Position numbers and translations under genes: made by a program. DNA of 27,635 nt, taken from NCBI GenBank assembly GCA_048882325.1, contig JBHLRS010000042.1, forward strand, positions 1 through 27,635, in the 5' to 3' direction. The notes under the pieces are model-generated. The model did no database searches. It was not told the origin of the DNA and saw only the letters and a list, made by a program, of their open reading frames with translations. This DNA is from Candidatus Thorarchaeota archaeon (lineage in GTDB: Archaea; Asgardarchaeota; Thorarchaeia; Thorarchaeales; Thorarchaeaceae). Below are positions 25,441 to 27,635 of the stretch, one piece after another; positions within the stretch are counted from its first letter, which is position 1; each line of letters begins with the position of its first letter.

Positions 25441-26754
25441 ATGGCTGTTGATATGGTCCTCAAGGATGGTATTTTCATAGAGAATGGGAGAGAGACCATA
25501 CGCTCTGTGGCAATTGAAGCAGGAAAGATTGAGGGAATCTACAAGCATGGAGATGAGCCTTCATATCAGACCTCGATAGACTGTAGAGGTCTGTATATTC
25601 TTCCTGGACTGATAGACATTCACGTACATCTTCGCGATCTCAAACAGTCAGACAAGGAAGATTTCGAAACTGGCACCATGGCAGCCGCAGCAGGTGGAGT
25701 GACTACAGTCGTTGATATGCCAAACTCAGACCCGCCGGTTCTGGACAAGAAGACACTTGATGAGAAGATAGCCCGAGCCGAAGAATCAAGCTATGTGAAT
25801 GTGGGGTTTTATGCCGGAATTCCTTACAAGGTAGAGGAATTCGACGTTCAGATGCTAAAGGACATTCTAGGGTTGAAGGTCTATCCTCATTCTCCATTGG
25901 ACAAGCGCACAAACTACACCAAGGAAAGAATTAAGGAGTGTACAAAACTAGCAGTTGCCAGCGGAATTCCACTTCTCTTCCACCCAGACTTGCCAGCTCA
26001 AAAAAGTGTACCTAGTAATATGGAAGAATTCTTTCTTGCACACAGTTGTGAGGATGAGGTCAAATCTGTACAGTCGTTCATAGATGCAAAGATAGAGTAT
26101 GAGGCCAGACTACATGTATGTCATGTCAGTTGCGCAACCACTGCGAGGTTAATCTATGACAACAGAGCCGAGGACACACTGACTGCAGAAGTGAGTCCTC
26201 ATCATCTATTTCTCTCTGGAGGTGACTTTGCCAATGATGATGGCCTGGCAAAGGTACTCCCACCATTGAGGTCGCCCTACGACAACAAGATGTTGATGGA
26301 AGCATTATGTAAGACCCTTGCCATCGACTGTGTGGCTTCAGATCATGCACCTCACAAGAAATGGGAAAAGACAGCGCCCTTTCTCAAAGCCTCGTCTGGT
26401 ATACCTGGTCTTGAAACGACGTTGCCACTCATGCTTACAGAGGTCTTTGAGAAGCGTATGGCATGGATAGATTATCTCAGGGTATGTTCCTCAGCCCCTG
26501 CAAGAATTCTCGGACTCGATTCTAAGGGCATTCTCACAAAGGGCTATGACGCAGATATCGTATTAGCACGGATTCAGAAGGGCGCGATATCAGGGAAGAA
26601 CTTCTACTCAAAAGCAAAGATTACACCCTTTGAGGGAAGGCAGGTCCTAGCTCGAACTGTGACGACTATTGTTGGAGGCGTAGTCGTGTTTGATGATGGT
26701 GAGTTTGTCACAGGTCCAACAATAGCTGGGAAGGTTCCAGTCCAGAAATCCTGA
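25441..26754 (+). CDS. pyrC: Dihydroorotase (type I, amidohydrolase superfamily)
   Basis: PGLIDIHVHLRD, AAAAGGVTTVVDMPN, HVCHVS, EVSPHHL, PPLR, ASDHAPH, GIPGLET and SKAKITPFEG. Confidence 0.85.
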   Translation: MAVDMVLKDGIFIENGRETIRSVAIEAGKIEGIYKHGDEPSYQTSIDCRGLYILPGLIDIHVHLRDLKQSDKEDFETGTMAAAAGGVTTVVDMPNSDPPVLDKKTLDEKIARAEESSYVNVGFYAGIPYKVEEFDVQMLKDILGLKVYPHSPLDKRTNYTKERIKECTKLAVASGIPLLFHPDLPAQKSVPSNMEEFFLAHSCEDEVKSVQSFIDAKIEYEARLHVCHVSCATTARLIYDNRAEDTLTAEVSPHHLFLSGGDFANDDGLAKVLPPLRSPYDNKMLMEALCKTLAIDCVASDHAPHKKWEKTAPFLKASSGIPGLETTLPLMLTEVFEKRMAWIDYLRVCSSAPARILGLDSKGILTKGYDADIVLARIQKGAISGKNFYSKAKITPFEGRQVLARTVTTIVGGVVVFDDGEFVTGPTIAGKVPVQKS

Positions 26755-26808
26755 AGAGTGCAAGATAAATAACGATTGACCTGCACAGGTAGACCGAGTT
26801 GATGCTTA

Positions 26809-27441
26809 GTGTCCTATACATACTCTGATGGCGATGGAATCTTCCTAGTTCGTTTGGCACGACAGACAGTAGATGATATTGTGGAGAAGAAGCAGAAACT
26901 GCAGGTGCCAAAAGACACACCAGAACATCTTCATGCTAAATCAGGAGTCTTTGTCACTCTCAACTCAGTATTGGGAGGGCAAGTCAACCTGAGAGGTTGT
27001 ATCGGTCGCCCATACCCGTCATTTCCTCTAGTTGAGGCAACTATTGATTCTGCAGTGGATTCTGCGATAAATGACCCGCGATTCCCAGCAGTAACTCCGA
27101 AGGAACTAGATTCGATAATCGTAGATTTGAGTGTTCTAACACCGCCAAAGAAGATCGAATACTCAAAACCTGAGGAGCTACTAGACCTCATTAAGGTTGG
27201 ACGAGATGGGCTGATTGCGTCACGAGGTATGTTTCGTGGACTCCTCCTCCCTCAAGTAGCCGTGGATTGGAAATGGAATACCAGAGAGTTCTTGGAGCAC
27301 ACCTGCAACAAGGCTGGACTACCTGCAGATACATGGAAAGATCCTGACACTGAGTTTATGTCGTTTCAGGCGGAAATCTTTGGTGAGGAGAAACCAAGAG
27401 GCAATATAATGCGAGACCCAAAACATCCAAGGTGTGATTGA
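26809..27441 (+). CDS. AMMECR1 domain protein (TIGR00296-type)
   Basis: GVFVTL, LRGCIG, DPRFP, VGRDGL, GLLLPQV and CNKAGL. Confidence 0.95.
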   Translation: MSYTYSDGDGIFLVRLARQTVDDIVEKKQKLQVPKDTPEHLHAKSGVFVTLNSVLGGQVNLRGCIGRPYPSFPLVEATIDSAVDSAINDPRFPAVTPKELDSIIVDLSVLTPPKKIEYSKPEELLDLIKVGRDGLIASRGMFRGLLLPQVAVDWKWNTREFLEHTCNKAGLPADTWKDPDTEFMSFQAEIFGEEKPRGNIMRDPKHPRCD

Positions 27442-27635
27442 ATGAGGTTCGGAAATCTTCCTCCTGAAGTAATAGAGGCTTTAAAGAGGTTCATAGATGA
27501 GGATGTTAGGTCGGGGGATATCACGACACAATTGACTGTACCAGAGGACACGACTGCGTTGGCAACAATCTACGCCAAAGGACGCGCTGTACTAGCAGGT
27601 ATTGAGGAGGTGGCTGCGATTGCAGACTTCTCCAG
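27442..27635 (+). CDS. nadC: Quinolinate phosphoribosyltransferase (nicotinate-nucleotide pyrophosphorylase), 5' part only
   Basis: Not in the ORF track. Manual translation gives MRFGNLPPEVIEALKRFIDEDVRSGDITTQLTV...IYAKGRAVLAGIEEV, containing the ED...GDITT and AK...VLAG motifs. Runs off the window edge. Confidence 0.85.
   Translation, partial: MRFGNLPPEVIEALKRFIDEDVRSGDITTQLTVPEDTTALATIYAKGRAVLAGIEEVAAIADFS

Noticed and set aside
117-27551. Numerous antisense or nested ORFs in the track (e.g. 1597..2136, 2388..2786, 10874..11296, 21964..22566)
   Set aside because: They are shadow frames of well-supported genes, with no motifs or ribosome-binding sites.

Overview
Core-genome window of an Asgard archaeon, most likely Thorarchaeota. 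This is inferred from the gene content (S8e, archaeal SMC-ScpAB, Tfr, multiple Roadblock proteins, a Sec23/24-like protein) and from GGAGG/GAGGTGA Shine-Dalgarno (SD) motifs with frequent TTG starts. From left to right: (i) a eukaryotic-signature cluster of three Roadblock/LC7 genes, one closely resembling dynein light chain DYNLRB, around a Zn-finger/vWA/beta-sandwich Sec23/Sec24-like gene; (ii) an smc-scpA-scpB operon; (iii) a ~1.5 kb AT-richer insert bounded by two diverged copies of the scpB 3' end, carrying two orphan membrane genes and gene debris; (iv) an HXXEE protein, an internally deleted mini-HypE, rps8e and hypA; (v) three co-oriented uncharacterised genes (Lys-rich tail plus HEAT repeats; SHOCT/PCI-like winged helix/Zn ribbon; four-His-repeat helical protein); (vi) tfrAB thiol:fumarate reductase and a two-subunit Fe-S fumarate hydratase; (vii) a prepilin peptidase, a KaiC/RAD55 ATPase and an Lrp regulator; (viii) an EMC6/RAB5IF(OPTI)-like membrane protein divergent from Rqc2/NEMF; (ix) two CBS proteins, dihydroorotase, an AMMECR1 protein and the start of nadC. 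No rRNA, complete tRNA, CRISPR array or transposase was seen. All family calls come from motif recognition by eye, not database searches.
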